Shown here: positions 28,571 to 41,975 of the stretch, in pieces
How the letters are laid out: each line of letters opens with the position of its first letter
Position numbering within the stretch: the first letter of the stretch is position 1
Source: the human T2T-CHM13v2.0 reference genome, Homo sapiens
DNA: 64,000 nucleotides
Assembly (NCBI RefSeq): GCF_009914755.1
Contig: NC_060939.1
Direction: 5' to 3' (one strand)
Translations under genes and position numbers: made by a program
Notes under the pieces: generated by a model
Database searches by the model: none
What the model was told of the DNA's origin: nothing
Seen by the model: the letters and a program-made list of their open reading frames with translations, nothing else

Positions 28571-29429
28571 GAGCTAAATCTCATACCCTTTGTTGTAGCT
28601 TCCACCCAGGTCATTTCTTAAATACTTGATCAATAATTTCCCCATGTCCCTCACCCTATCCTTGTTGCAAAATTCCATTTTCCTACTCCAGCCCTCCCTG
28701 TCATGAGAAAGTTCCCAGGTTGTAGACATGATTTACTAAATCGTTCTTAACAGCTTTATCATGATAACATGACATATACAAATTGTGTAAATTTAAGGTA
28801 ACTTAATGTTTTGATATTTCTATACTTTTTGAAACGATCACCACAATCAAGCAAATTAGCATATTATCTCTACATATTTACCATTGTGTGTGTGTTGACA
28901 GTAATTAATTTATGATCTAGTCCTTTAGCAGAACACAAGAATATGATACAGTGTTGTTCCATGTTTGTACATTATATCTCCAGAAATTATTATAACTTGA
29001 ACATTGCACAATTTAATTAACATCACCCCATTTCCCCTCCCTGAGCCCCTGGCAACCACTGTCTTATTCTCTGTTTTTATGAATTTGACTGTCGTAGATT
29101 CTACATGTAAGTGAGATCATGAAGTATTTGTCTCTGTGTCTTGCATTTTTGCTTGGCACAATATCTTCCAGCTCCATCAATGTTTTCACAAATAGAAGGA
29201 TTTCCTTCTTTTTTAAGGGTGTATAATATTTCATTTTATGTATACACGTCACATTTTCTTTACCCATTCATCTGTTCCTCTGCCAAAGGACCTTTAGGTT
29301 ATTTTCCTATTTTGGTCATTGTGTGTCATGCCGCAATGAACAGAGGATGACAGACACCTCTCTAAGACTCTTATGTCAATTTCACTGGACATATATCCAG
29401 AAGTGAAATTGTTGGATTCTGTGGTAGTT

Positions 29430-29706
29430 CTTTTTTTCATTTTTGAAACCAGGTCTCACTCTGCTATCCTGGGTAAAGTCCAGTGGCAAGATCATAGCTC
29501 ACTGCAGCCTTGATCTCCTGGGCTCAAGCGATCCTCCTACCTCAGCCTCCTGAGTAGCTGGGACTACAGGTGTACAACACCATGTCTGGCTAATTTTATT
29601 TCTGAGATGGCGTCTTGCTATGTTACCCAGGCTGGTCTGGAGCTCCTGGCCTCCTGCCTTGGCTTCCCCAAATCCTGGGATTACAGGTGTGAGCCATCAC
29701 ACCAGA
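29430..29706 (-). mobile_element. AluJ inserted in L1
   Basis: 'gctcactgcagccttgatctcctgggctcaagcgatcctcct'. Confidence 0.9.
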
Positions 29707-30999
29707 CCAGTGCTATTTTCAATTTTTTTTGGAGGAACCTCAATACTGTTTTCTGTGTTTTACTAATTTGCATTCCCATCAATAGTGTATAATGGTTTCC
29801 TTTTCTTCACATTCTTACCAACACTTATCTTTTCTCTTTTTGATAATAGCCATTTTAACAGGTGTGACATGATATCTCATTGTGGTTTTGATTTGCATTA
29901 CTCTGAAGTTTAGAGATGTTGAGCACATTTTCTTATACCTGTTAGCCATTTGAATTTCTTCTTTGGAGATGTATTTATTTAGGTTCTTTGCCTTAAAATA
30001 AAATTAGGTTATTCATAATTTTGGAATTGATGTGTATGTATCCTTCTTATTTTTTGAACTCCTTATAAGAGATATGGTTTACAAACATTTTCCCCATTTC
30101 ATAGGTTGCCTTATCATTTCATTAGTTGTTTTCTTTGCTGTGCAAAAGCATTTTAATTCGATGTATTTCATTTATCTATTTTGCCTTTGTTGTCTGTGCT
30201 TTTGGCATCATATCTAAACAAATTATTGCCAAGACCAATGTCAAGAATGTTTTCTCCTGTCTTCTTCCAGAAGTTTTGTTTCAGTGATTACATTTAAACG
30301 TTTAATCCATTTTGAGTTAATTTTTACATAAGGCATGAGCTAGGGATCCGATTTCATTCTTTTACATGTAGACATCCAGCTTTCCTAACACCATTTGGTC
30401 AAGAGCATATCCTCTGCATATAGTGTCTCCTTGTCACCTTCCAGGGTGATCAATTGCTGCAAATGTGTGGGTTATGCCTAGGTTCTCTATTTTGTTTCAC
30501 TGGTTTATGTGTCTGTTTTTATGACAATACCACAGTGTTTTTCTTTCTACAGCTTTGTAATTTAATCTGAGGTCAGGAAGTGTGATACCTGTAGCTTTGT
30601 TCTTGCTCAAAGTAGCTTCAGCCACTCAGGGATTTTTGTGATTCTATATGAATTTTGGGATTTTTTTTCTATTTCTGTGAGAGATACCATTGGGATTTTG
30701 ATATGGATTACATTAAATGTGTAGATTGCTTTGAGTAATATGGACACTTTAATAATACATTACTAACTCTTTCAATCCATGGGTTGTCTTTCAATTTACT
30801 TTGGTTTAAATTTCTGTCATCAATCTTTTATAATTTGTAGTGTTTAAGTCTTTCACTTCTTTGGTTAGTTAGTTCCAAAGTAGTTTATTTGATACTGTTT
30901 TTTAAATTTCCCTTTCAGACAATTCATTGTTAGTGTTTAGAAATAGCAGTGATTTTAGTATGTCAATTGTGTATCCTACAACTTTAGTAAATTTATTAT

Positions 31000-31223
31000 A
31001 TAGTCAGTCCTTCATATCAATGGGTTCTGCAACCATGAACTCAATCAACCAAGAACTTAACTTGTACATATTTTCCATCTGTGGTGGTTTGAATCCACAG
31101 ATGTTGACCCATGGATACATAGGGCCAGCTTTACACGATTTTATGTGAGGGAATTGATCATCACAGATTTTGTTATCTGAGGGGTTCCTGAAACAAATCC
31201 CCAGCAGATATGAAAGGCTGACT
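31000..31223. mobile_element. Tigger-derived MITE (MER2/MER8 type) inserted in L1
   Basis: inverted ends 'tagtcagtccttcatatc' and 'gatatgaaaggctgacta'. Confidence 0.75.
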
Positions 31224-34159
31224 ATTATTTCTAACCATTTTCTGTGGAGTCTTTAGAGTTTTCAATGTATAATAATCATGTCTTCTGTTAACAGAGGTAT
31301 CTACATCTTTCCTTTCAATTTTGATGCCTTTTATTTCTCTTGCCTGATTGCTCTGGCTAGGACTTCCAGTACTATGGTGATTAGGAGTGATGAGAATAGA
31401 CATCCTTGTCTTGTTCCAGATATTAAATAAAAAGCTTTCAGTTTTTCCCCATTGATTATAATATTAGATATAGGTTTTTCATATACAGCCTTTATAGTGT
31501 TGAAGTAAGTTTCTTGTATACTTATTTTGCTGAGAGTTTTATCATGAAAGTATATTGAATTTTGTCAAATGTGTTTTCTGCATCTATTGGAATGTTATTT
31601 TTGTCTTTCATTCTGTTAATGTGGTATATCACATTATTAATTTTTACACATTGAAACATCCTTGTATCCCATAGATAAATTACAATTGGTCATGGTGTAT
31701 GACCTTTTCAATGTGCTTTTGAATTCAGTTTGCTAGTTTGTATCTTATTGAGAATTTTTGCATCTATATTCATTAAGGATACTCGTCTGTAATTATTTTT
31801 TCTTGTGTTGTCTTCGTCTAGCTTTTAAGTCATGGTAACATTGGCCTCATGAAATGAGTTTGAGAGTATTCTCTCTTCTATTTTTTCTGAAAAGTTTTAG
31901 AAATTTTGGTATTAGTTCTTCTTTGAATATTTGGTAGAAGTTGCCCATGAAAGCATCTGCACCTGGGCTTTTCTTTGTTGGGAATTTTTGATTACTGGTT
32001 AAATCTCTTTGCTTGTTTTTGGTCTGCTCTATTTATTTTTTGTTCCACCTTGGTAGATTACATATTTCTAAGAATTTATCCATTTCTTCTAGGTTAACCA
32101 ATTTATTGGCATATAATTGTTTAATTGTCCTTTATAATCATTTGTATTCCTGTACATTTGATATAATGTCTCCATTTTCATTCCTGATTATATTTACTTG
32201 AGTTTCTCTTTTTTTCTTAGTGTAGCTAAGGGTTTGTTATTTTTGTTTGTATTACCAAAAATTCAACTCTAGCTTTGTTGATTTTTCTATTGTTTTTTAT
32301 TTTATAGTTATTTTATTTATATTCTAATCTTTATTATTTACTTCATTATGCCAACTTTGGGTTTAGTTAGTTTTTCTTTTTCTAATTGTTTATTTGTAAA
32401 GTTAGGTTGTTCGAGTGAGATCTTTCTTATTTTTTAATGTAGGTATTTATCACTGTAACATTTCCCCCTTAGCACTTCTTTTGCTGCATCCTGTAGTTTT
32501 GTTGAGTTGTATGTTCATTTTTGTTTGTCTCAAGATATTTTTAAAATTCCCTTTTGATTTCTTCTTTTACCCAATGGTGGTTCAAGAGTGTGTTGTTTAG
32601 TTTCTGCATTTTTGTAAATGTTTCTGTTTTCTTTGTTATTGACTTCTAATTTTATTCCATTGTGGTCTGAGAAGATACTTGACATTATATTAAACTTCTT
32701 AAATTTGTAGGATGCCTTGTGACCTAAGATTTGATCTATCTCAGAGAATATTCTGAGTGCACTTGAGAAGAATGTATATTCTGCTGCTGTTGGATGGAAA
32801 GTTCTGTATATGTCAGTGTTGAATCTACAGTGTTGTTCAAGTCAGCTGTTTCCTCTTTTTTTATTCCTCCCTAGATGTTCTATCTATTATTGAATTTGGG
32901 GTACTGAAGTTGGCTACTATTATTTTAGTGTTACTGATTTCTCCCCTTAGCTTTGCTGATATTAACTTTATATATTTAGGTGTTCTAATGTTGACTGGAT
33001 ATATATTTACAATCTTCCCTTTGAACTGAACTTTTATCATTATATAATGACCTTCTTAGTCTCTAATGACAGTTTTTGATTTCAAGTCTATTTTTTCTGA
33101 TCTAAGTATAGATACCCTTGCTCTTTTTTGGTTACTATTTGCGTAGAGTATTTTTTCCCATCCCTTCACTTTCAGCCTCTATGTATCTTTATATCTAAAG
33201 TGACTCCCTTATAAATATGTACTGATGAGTATCTTTTATGCATTGTGCCACTCTATGTCTTTTAATTAGATAGTTTAATCCTTTCACATTTAAAGTCATT
33301 GTTGATAGGTAAGGAGTAACTTGCATTTTGTTAATTGTTTTTCCTTCGTTTTGCAGATCTTTTTTTTTTTTTTTTCCTCTCTTGCTGTCTTCTTAGTTTG
33401 GTTATTTCTTGTAACGGTTTGGTTTCATTTATTTTTCTTCACATTTTGTGCATCTCCTATAAGTTTTGAATTTGTGGTTGCAAATTTACATCTTCTATAG
33501 AAAGCTGTATTAATGTTATCAGCTTTTTTGGAATCATTTTCTTTCTCTTCCCTCTTCAGACATATACGCAAATACTCTGTTTTTCAAGACACGAGTAAAT
33601 AGGGCTCTGGTTAGAAATTTATCAATATGAAAAAAGAGATCCTCTGAGTATTTTGATAAGTTAGAAAATAATGATAGACTGCAGTAGAATTTCATGTATT
33701 TCAACTTCTGTCATCTATGTTACCCTACAATATATTTTCTGTATTAGTCAATGTTATATATTTACAAGGTAAATCCATAAAGCATACATTCTAGAATGCC
33801 CTAACTTATGTTCTTGAGAGATATGCTCCTTATAGCCTTCTTGGCACTCCTGAAGTGTCAAATATTTCCATTGAAGAAGGTTGCATATGGCTTCTGAGAT
33901 GAAGTCTAGACAGGTTAGGATTATTTTTTGCTCCTTTTGCCCACACAGCACCCACTGTCCCCTCCCTTTGTTATTAGCCATTATCTGATACCCTAGATGA
34001 AGCCACCTTCTGTCCTTCAGTTTTGGCGTGGGGGCTGATTTCACCCCCAGTTTCAGGAATAAGCACAGGACAGCTACTAACAAGTATGTTGTTCACTCAA
34101 GGAAGAAACCCAGCTAAGGGAGAAAGGGGGGCTGAAATCCATCCTACATGCTCTTCTCC

Positions 34160-34675
34160 AAGCCACATGCCCCGATACAGGGCTGCATCTAACTGGAGAA
34201 AGGGGAGCCATTTTCTAATACTTGCAAAGGCACTGTGTGGACAGTGGAAACCCTGTATGAGCTCATGACACAGGCCTGGCCAATGAATATACTTCTAATC
34301 CTGGCACAGATGAAACTAGAGATGGACATGAAATCCAAGCCTCACACCCAAAGTCAATCTCTAGTCTCTTATTGAAACTATTAGAAGTGTTTCTGTTTTT
34401 GCTTTATTCTGGGGCTGTAGAACTAAGGAAATGTACACTGCAGGAGTGATGATGGCCACATTGCAGCACAAAGGGAAAACTTGTCTGAGAATAAAATCAA
34501 TGGGGAAGAAAAAAGCAAGGAAGAGGAGAAGAGCCAAGCCCTGAGTCCCTACGTTCAGCCATTCTGAAGCTATACCCTTGATTTTTCCATTATACGAGTC
34601 CACAAATTAATATTTTTTTTGGCTTAGACCAGTTTGAGTTTGAATTCTATTATTTATAACCAAAGGAGTCCTACC
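34160..34675 (+). mobile_element. old MLT1 (J/K-like) LTR
   Basis: 'ggccacattgcagcacaaagggaaaacttgtctgagaat', 'ccagtttgagtttgaattct'. Confidence 0.5.
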
Positions 34676-36141
34676 ATATTATCTTAGCCGGATTTTCATA
34701 AACACGGTACATGTTGATCAACAAACTTCCTAAATGTTTCACGTTCACTCCAAAGAGGGAGGGGGAAAAATAAAGAAGAGGAAGAAAATGATTACTTATC
34801 ATCCACAGTAGTCAAGGAAGCTGCAGAAGCATCAAGCAAAAGCAGCAGAAGTTAGCTTTGTACTCCTACAAACACTGCTCTGAAGTACTCCGCCTAGTGG
34901 GCCACATCAGAAACTGCATTTCTAAAATCTTTAAAAAGACAGAAAAGGAATCACCACTTACCCTGGGAACCCTAACAGAGGAGTAGACCACATAGGAATA
35001 TGTCCCATTGGTTTGAGGTCGATAAGTCAATTTTCAAAGCTTTAGTAATTCCAGAAACAAGAACATATTTATTTTACTTTGATCACACAATGCCTAGTTA
35101 TATTAAAAGTAAGGAGACATTCAATAAATACCTTTTATGGAAATAAAAACAGACAATTTAGGAGAAAATTAACTATCAACGCATTATTTTCAAAGGTAAA
35201 GAAAAAAGAAATTATTCTGAACACACAAAACTATTTTATCAAATATCATGGTAAATTATCATTATATACTAAGTCACTTAATAAATTTCCAGAGATAATT
35301 GGAAAGAGTTTCCACAATAGATTTTATTTCACCCCAGGAAGAAGTTTCACAAAAAGTTAGTTACTTATCTCCATTGTTACTAGTACCAAACTAATCCTAT
35401 GATTCTGAGTCAAATTACAAATAACGTCCACACTTTTCTCCAGTGAGATCAGAGGAGATGCCTAAGTCGAGTGTGTTTTAATGTGAAGGCATAATTGGTT
35501 TATATTTTTCACTGAAAATAACAAATTCTAGACAACTTAAGCAAAACAGGAATTCAATGAAAGGATATTGAATAGTTCACAAAATCATTGAAGATGCTGG
35601 AGAAGCAAGGTAAGAACTGAGGGAAACTCAGCACAGCCAAGTTCATTCGACGAAAGCAGATCTTGGGATGCCACCACTAGGATGTTGTCATTTGTCACTT
35701 GTCACCATGTAGCTGGGCTCTGCTGAACCTAGGCATTTGCTGCCACATTCCTAGACCTGCATCTCTGCTCAATTTCTCAGAATCATCTCTGATTCTTTCA
35801 GGTCTTTTGCATCATTTCATCGGGTTCCAAGTTCTAATAAAGAGCCATCAGTTGGCTGGGCCTAGATATGTGCCCACACGTGAGTGGCCAAGAAACTGGA
35901 AAAAGGATCATGCACTCCCTTTCAGCTTTTGTAATGGAAGGTGGGGCCTGTCCTCATATTTTGCTTGGGGTTCAAAAAACTAGGAAGGGTGTTTTGTTGA
36001 AATGAAACCCAAAACTATAGCTATCCATTTATAGCACCTTATTTGTACAGGAAGAAACCATGAGACAAAACGTATAAAAGTGCATGGGAGGTCTAAACAT
36101 ATGAGGGGGTTTTTGAGGAGAGAAAGATCATACTTGATTGG

Positions 36142-36527
36142 TGCTGTGGTTTCACTGTGACTCCTCCGAGATTCAGCGTTGACAATGTGAGAGTGTTGAG
36201 GTGGAGCCTGCAGGAAGTGATGAGGCCATCAGGACTCCTACCTCAGGAATGGGTTTAGGAGCCCTCATGAAAGAGCTCCATGGAGGGAGTTCATCCCTCT
36301 TGCTCTCCCGCCTTCCACATGTGAGGAAACAGTGTTCCTTGTCTCTGGAAGATGCAGCATCAAGACACCATCTTGAACGGAGAGAACAGCCCTTACCAGA
36401 CATCAGACCTGCCAACGCCTTGATCTTGGACTTCTTAGTCTCCAGAATTGTGACAGATAAACGTCTGGTTTTCATAAATTGCCTAGTCTGTGTTATTTTG
36501 TTATAAGAGCATAAATTGACTAAGACA
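36142..36527 (+). mobile_element. MST/MLT1A-type MaLR LTR
   Basis: 'gaagatgcagcatcaagacaccatcttgaa', 'gccttgatcttggacttc...ctccagaattgtga', end 'gactaagaca'. Confidence 0.8.
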
Positions 36528-36844
36528 ATTGGAGATTAGAAAAAGTTTTTTGAAGTGGCATTTGAGAAGGGCTTGATAGATAAGATCTCTACAAATAGAA
36601 ATAGAGAGATGGTTTCAAATCACCCAGGTGAAAGGAATAACATAGCCATGTTCAGTCTGAATGCAAAATGGAGATGGTAAAAAGTACATAGGATTCCACC
36701 ACCAGTGGGAGGACAGAATTGTAATGTGGCAGCAATCTGTAAATATAATATTTATCACTCATTCACATTTATTTAGAGTTTAATGTGTTCTAGGCTCTGA
36801 AATTAAGCAAAGAAAATCTAGATATGCATAAGTCCAAGACTTTG

Positions 36845-37330
36845 CCTTTGCGACAGTCAAAATAATGACCTCATGAATATGTTCTAGTCCCTGGAATCTG
36901 TGACCATATTACTTTACATGAGGTAAAAGGGACTTTGGAGATGTGATTAACCCTTGAGTTAGGGGGATTATCCTTGATTATCTTGGGGGCCAATCTAATT
37001 GCATGTGTCTATAAAATAAGAGAATCTTTCCTAGCTACAGTCAGAAGGTGATATGACTACAGAACAATGGTCACAGACATCCCACATTACTGGCTTTGAA
37101 GATGGAGGGATTGTCCCATGATCCAAGGAATAGGGACAGCATCTAAAAGTTGGAAAAGGAAATGGATTCTCTCTAGAGCCTCCAGAAAGCAATACAGCCC
37201 TGACAACACCTTCACTTAAGTCCAGTAAGACCACGGTCAGAGGTTTGCCCTACAGAACTATAGGGTCGTAAGTCTTTGATTTAAGCCACAAAATTGTGGT
37301 AATTTGTTATGGCAGCAATAGAAAATTAAT
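36845..37330 (+). mobile_element. MLT1D-like LTR
   Basis: 'aaaagggactttggagatgtgattaa', 'ggattctctctagagcctccagaa', 'gtaatttgttatggcagcaatagaaaa'. Confidence 0.85.
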
Positions 37331-38914
37331 TTTAAGAACTTTATTATTTGGAAGATAGGCAGACCAGAAAATCCAAATTATAATATAATTCGATTAAAAC
37401 CTATGGAGATTTGCACTAGGTGTTTTAGAAAATAATTGAGTATTAACAAGACTAACAGAAGAAATGTTCTAAAATTTATACACTAAGTACATCACATTTT
37501 TCTAATGATCACGTAGATAGAGCAACTTAGAATCCATGGTTTTAACAAACCAACAGGCTTATATACATAAATATAAAAATATTATGTATATATATATAAT
37601 ATATAATATATGGAATAGCCCCCTGGGCACGGGCAGCCCTGGGTCAAAGGGCGGCACTGTACTAGCAGCCCACACCCCACCTCACCCGCCTACCCTGAGC
37701 TGACTTGTCTGCTAAATGCTAAATAAACCTGTCAACCTGTCTGGTTTAACTAAGAAGGGCCTGGATGCAACAAGCCTGAGGGCTGTGACTGGGGGAAGAG
37801 AGAGCACAGACGGAGCTCCTCCTCCTTCTGCCACTGCCCACCAACTGAAAACCACCAACTGAAGTTTGCTTAGATTCTCAGCCTACACCTTGTTCCCAAC
37901 AAAACTCATGCAATACTTGGGCCCCCACTACAATCTCTGGAACAAAATATTCTACGGATCTGCTTTTTGAGCTGCAACTTATCTTACTAAATTCCAAGAA
38001 GCTTAAGTAAGAGAAAACCACCAGATAATACAAGATTTTCAATGTGATCATCATTGCTACTTTTAACTAGAAATTATCCAGTAAATGTATTGTGAACTGC
38101 TTTGTGACTATGCTGATTTATTTAGTCTTTCTGATCCTTGGTTTGATTATCTCAAATATATGAGTGTCACCAATTTTATAAAGGTGCTCTAAAAATTAAA
38201 TGAAAGAAAAATAATCCTCCTTCTCCATATATTGAACACTTACAAAATTATAGGCATTGTGTCCAGGTTTTTACATACTTACCTGAGAGAAGTCTCCTGA
38301 CAAACCTGTCTTTTCAATTACAAGCATTTTGCCATGATTTTTACACATGTACGTTATAGAAGCCTCATAACAATCACATCCTTTATAGATCAGCAAACTG
38401 AGCCTCAGATGAGTTAAAAACACATTCACCATCAAATCATAATGAGGGATGGAACTGGGATTCAAATCCGGTTCTCTCTGATGCCAAAAATGGTGCAATT
38501 TAACGAGGACCAAGTTACACCCAGAACATGGAGGGATCAAAACATGTGGATTCCCTTTTCTGGCCTCTCATGTGGGAATTTCAATAGCTTTCACTGCCTC
38601 AGAGCAATCCTAAACTCCCTCCCAGGTTGCCTTGCAATGGCCCCCTTATTCGTGGGGATGATTAGGAATCTGCATTTTTGGACCACAAGCATCTATAAAG
38701 AGTTGTGTTGATCAAGAAATAAAATTTACTAGGCCATAGGTTACTGTGAATTGTCTAGTATGTCTGTAAAAAATAAAGGGGCTATTCCATGTAAAAAAAT
38801 CACAGGATCCACTGAATCTGTGCAGAAAGACATAGAACTATACAGCAGGAGCATCTTACAGACAGCTGCACCTGAAGACCAGCTGAAACACACAAAGCAA
38901 GAGCACCTCCAATG

Positions 38915-39041
38915 ACCAAGTGTGGTGGCTCTTGCCTGTCATCCCAGCAGTGTGGGAGGCCAAGGTGGGTGAATCACTTGAGGCCAGGGGCTTGAGACCA
39001 GCTTGGGCAACACAGTGAGACCTTATCCCTACAAAAAAAAA
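38915..39041 (+). mobile_element. FLAM/Alu monomer
   Basis: 'gtggtggctcttgcctgtcatcccagca...cacttgaggccagg...gagaccttat' plus A tail. Confidence 0.88.
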
Positions 39042-39949
39042 TCATTTTTTATTATTAGAATCAAGAAGAGTACCTCTAAACCCTTGCTGTTGCTTTAGGG
39101 TAGAGAGCTCTGGTGTAGAACTCAAGTTATGAAACTGTGAGTCCCAGTGTAGCTACTTAAGTTTAAATACAAGAGCTGTCAGACATTTCCACTACAGCAA
39201 CGAAATCTGTAGCATCCATTTTGTACTTTGAAAACTTAGTTTTTGCCCAGCCTCTAGGAAGAAAAAGAGGGTCCAGAACTGGGCATATGGGTAGGGATGG
39301 GAAAAGAAACCGGCTGGATGCAACAGGGAAAGACAAAGGGATGGAGACCCCAGGAAGAGCCAGTCCTCAGGCTTGGGGCCTGGGTCTAGGAAAGGAACTA
39401 GGTGAAGAAGGGAGGAGCCCCAGGCTGTGGATGTCTCTGGGGGAACCTTGGTTCAGCAACGGCCAGAGAAGCTTCTGAGGCCAAGCGGTATCTGTCGCCT
39501 CCCTACCTTTGGGCGTCTTCTGGTCGCCAATGTGCTGCAGGTCATGGCTCCGGAATCAAATTGGGCTCAAATTTGCGTGAGCTCCAACGCAGTGGAGCCT
39601 GGCCCTACTCCCACCTACACCTCGTGGATCTCAGAGCTGCAGGATGGCTCTGCCCACCACACCCTAAGCTGGCCTCGCTTGGGGCTGGTATTGGGGGACA
39701 GCATGTTCTGGGAGTCTCTGCTCCTTTCTGCTGGTGCCTGTGCCTGTGCTGGCCGCCCACTCATAGATATCAAAGCCACAGGACGGCCCCGCAGAACCCC
39801 TCCGCTGGCCCTGCAGGGGGCTGGCTTTGGTGCACATGCGACTGGTCATCGTGGTCCCCTTGGGGCACCTCTGCTCTTCTCGAGGCAGCTTGGGCCTTCG
39901 CTTGCCCCCACGTCTGCAGAGCTGAGCACCTGCCCCCTCTCCCCAGGAA

Positions 39950-40180
39950 AGACAACCAAATGCCACCAACTTAAAGCACACACTGAAGGCCACCAACTGA
40001 AGGCCGGTTGCCCTGACAACCTGATGTGTCCTGCTTAGGAAGAACCAATCAGGCCTTGAGTTCCTTCCACGCGCTGCCCTTCCATTTGTGACGTGGGAGT
40101 CCAGGCACTGGCTCACAAAGCTGTGCCCCCAGTGACCCCGCCCCACCTTTCATTTATTGCTAACTGGTAGCAACTTTCAG
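39950..40180. promoter_or_regulatory. promoter-like motif cluster
   Basis: aaCCAATcag 40043-40052, gTGACGTg 40088-40095, ccccgccccac 40136-40146, inverted ttgcta-n5-tagcaa ~40157-40174, and CCAACTG 39993-39999, next to a GC-rich block. Confidence 0.4.
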
Positions 40181-41446
40181 GTTTCCTCACTGTGAATTAT
40201 GAATATGAATTATGATGAATTTACTGTATCCTAATGTACCTCATGCACTATCTGACAGCCAAAGTCCCCTCTTCCCCCATGACCTCTGAGTTTTTTGGAA
40301 ACTAGAAAGAAGACACATTTCTGCAGGTGCTTTCAGAAAAAAACGTTGCCACGATCTAAGGTTACTCTGTGATGTCAAGTCATATTTCATATGTCATACA
40401 TATTCATATTTATATTCATAATTCAAAATGCACATATTCAATCAAATTAACAAGATTGAAAAGGACATTTTCTAAAATTTATACACTAAGTACCTTATAT
40501 TTTTCTAATGATCACTTTGATAGAGCAAACTTAGAATCTATGGTTTCAACAAATGAAGAGGCTTATGCAAGAGAAAACCACCACCCAACACAAGATTTTC
40601 AATGTGACCATCATTGTTACTTTTCACTAGCAATTATCCAGTTAATATACTGTGAACTGCTTTGTGACTATGGTGATTTATTTAAACCTACTAATCCTTT
40701 GATTATCCCAAAAATATGAATAATACCAATTTTATAAACTTGCTCTAAAAATTAAATGAGAGAAAAATAATCCTCCTTCTCTATATATTGAAAACCTACA
40801 AAATTAGTAACATTGTGTCCAGATTTTTACACACTTACCTTATTGAAGCCTCATCACAACCCCGTGTTTTAAATTACAGGATTACTCCCAGATTTTTAAA
40901 CACTTACCTTATGCAAGTCTCATAACACTCCCATCATTTGTAGATGAGCAAACTGAGGTTCAGACGAGTTAAAAACATATTCACCATCAAATCATGAGTG
41001 AAGGAACTGGGATTCAAATCCAGTTCTCTCTGACACCAAAGGTGGTGCAATGTAATGAAGACCAAGTTATATCCAGCACATGGAGGGATCAAAACATGTG
41101 GATTCCCTTTCTCTACCCTCTTACATGTTAATCTCAATGGCTTTCGCTGCCTCAGAACAATCCTAAACTCCCTCCCAGGTTGCCTTGCAGAGGATCCCTT
41201 CTTTTGGGGACGATTAGGAATCTGCATTTTTGGACCACAGGCATCTATAAAGAGTTGTGTTGATCAAGAAATAAAATTGTCTAGGCCATAAGTTACTGTG
41301 AATTGTCTAGCTTCTCTGCAAAAAAATAAATGGGCTATTCTCTATATTTTTTGTTATTCCATGATTGACAATAGCCTAGAATCAACCTAAGTGTCCAAGA
41401 AGACTTGGTTTAACCCTAAGGATTACTAATGTTTTCACTGTGGTCA

Positions 41447-41630
41447 TTGTGGTAGATTATATTACCATTCTCCCATTATCTGGTCTTCCTGCTGTAGTGG
41501 CCCTATCTCCTAGAAGATTATACATTTCTGTCCTATTGAAGGAAGGGTCAGATTTAGACATGTGACCTGTTTGGCCAGTGAAATGTAGGTAGAAGTGGCA
41601 TGTGTAACTTGTAAGCAGAAAATTTCCTTT
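41447..41630 (+). mobile_element. old MLT1 LTR 5' fragment
   Basis: 'catgtgacctgtttggccagtgaaatgtaggtagaagtg'. Confidence 0.6.
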
Positions 41631-41639
41631 TTCAAGGAT

Positions 41640-41975
41640 CTGGGAGCCATCTCTTTCAAACGTAATCCTCCAGAAAGATAATACCATATTTCCCAGTCTC
41701 CATGAGAGAGTAAGAGCCTAATCTTGCTCCAAGTTGTAAAAATTACCTTATATCATAAAGATAAAAGAAAGTTTATCTTTCCTTTGAAAAAAGACAGTTA
41801 GCAAAGACAGGTGGCCTATGATCACCCTCTTACCCTCACTTTCAAAAACTCCACGGCCCTTTGTATCAGGGGAGCTGAGTTCAGACTAGGTCTGGACTCT
41901 CTTCAGTATTGCAATAGCTTGAATAATATCTTCCTTACTTATTTAACTTTTTCCAGTGCAATTTTTTCTTTGACT
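41640..41975 (+). mobile_element. ERV1 LTR fragment (MER31/MER34/MER67 group)
   Basis: 'ggagctgagttcag', 'tattgcaatagcttgaataa', end 'ttttttctttgac'. Confidence 0.55.

Larger units (their letters stand above)
28742..33480 (-). mobile_element. old L1 (L1M), 3' UTR through ORF2
   Basis: continuous antisense L1 text, e.g. 'tctcattgtggttttgatttgcatt', 'ctctggctaggacttccagtact', 'gagaagaatgtatattctgctgctgttggatg'. Confidence 0.92.
37442..41363. repeat. diverged local direct duplication: copy A 37442-38791 (with ~440-bp extra segment 37563-38000), copy B 40447-41363
   Basis: colinear blocks in both copies: 'tctaaaatttatacactaagtac', 'agagaaaaccacca', 'caagattttcaatgtga', 'atggagggatcaaaacatgtggattcccttt', 'gcatctataaagagttgtgttgatcaagaaataaaatt'. 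Confidence 0.92.

Noticed and set aside
39402-40146. Overlapping 160-203 aa ORFs on both strands
   Set aside because: The two plus-strand ORFs start at GTG, none has a recognisable domain, and GC-rich DNA is poor in stop codons
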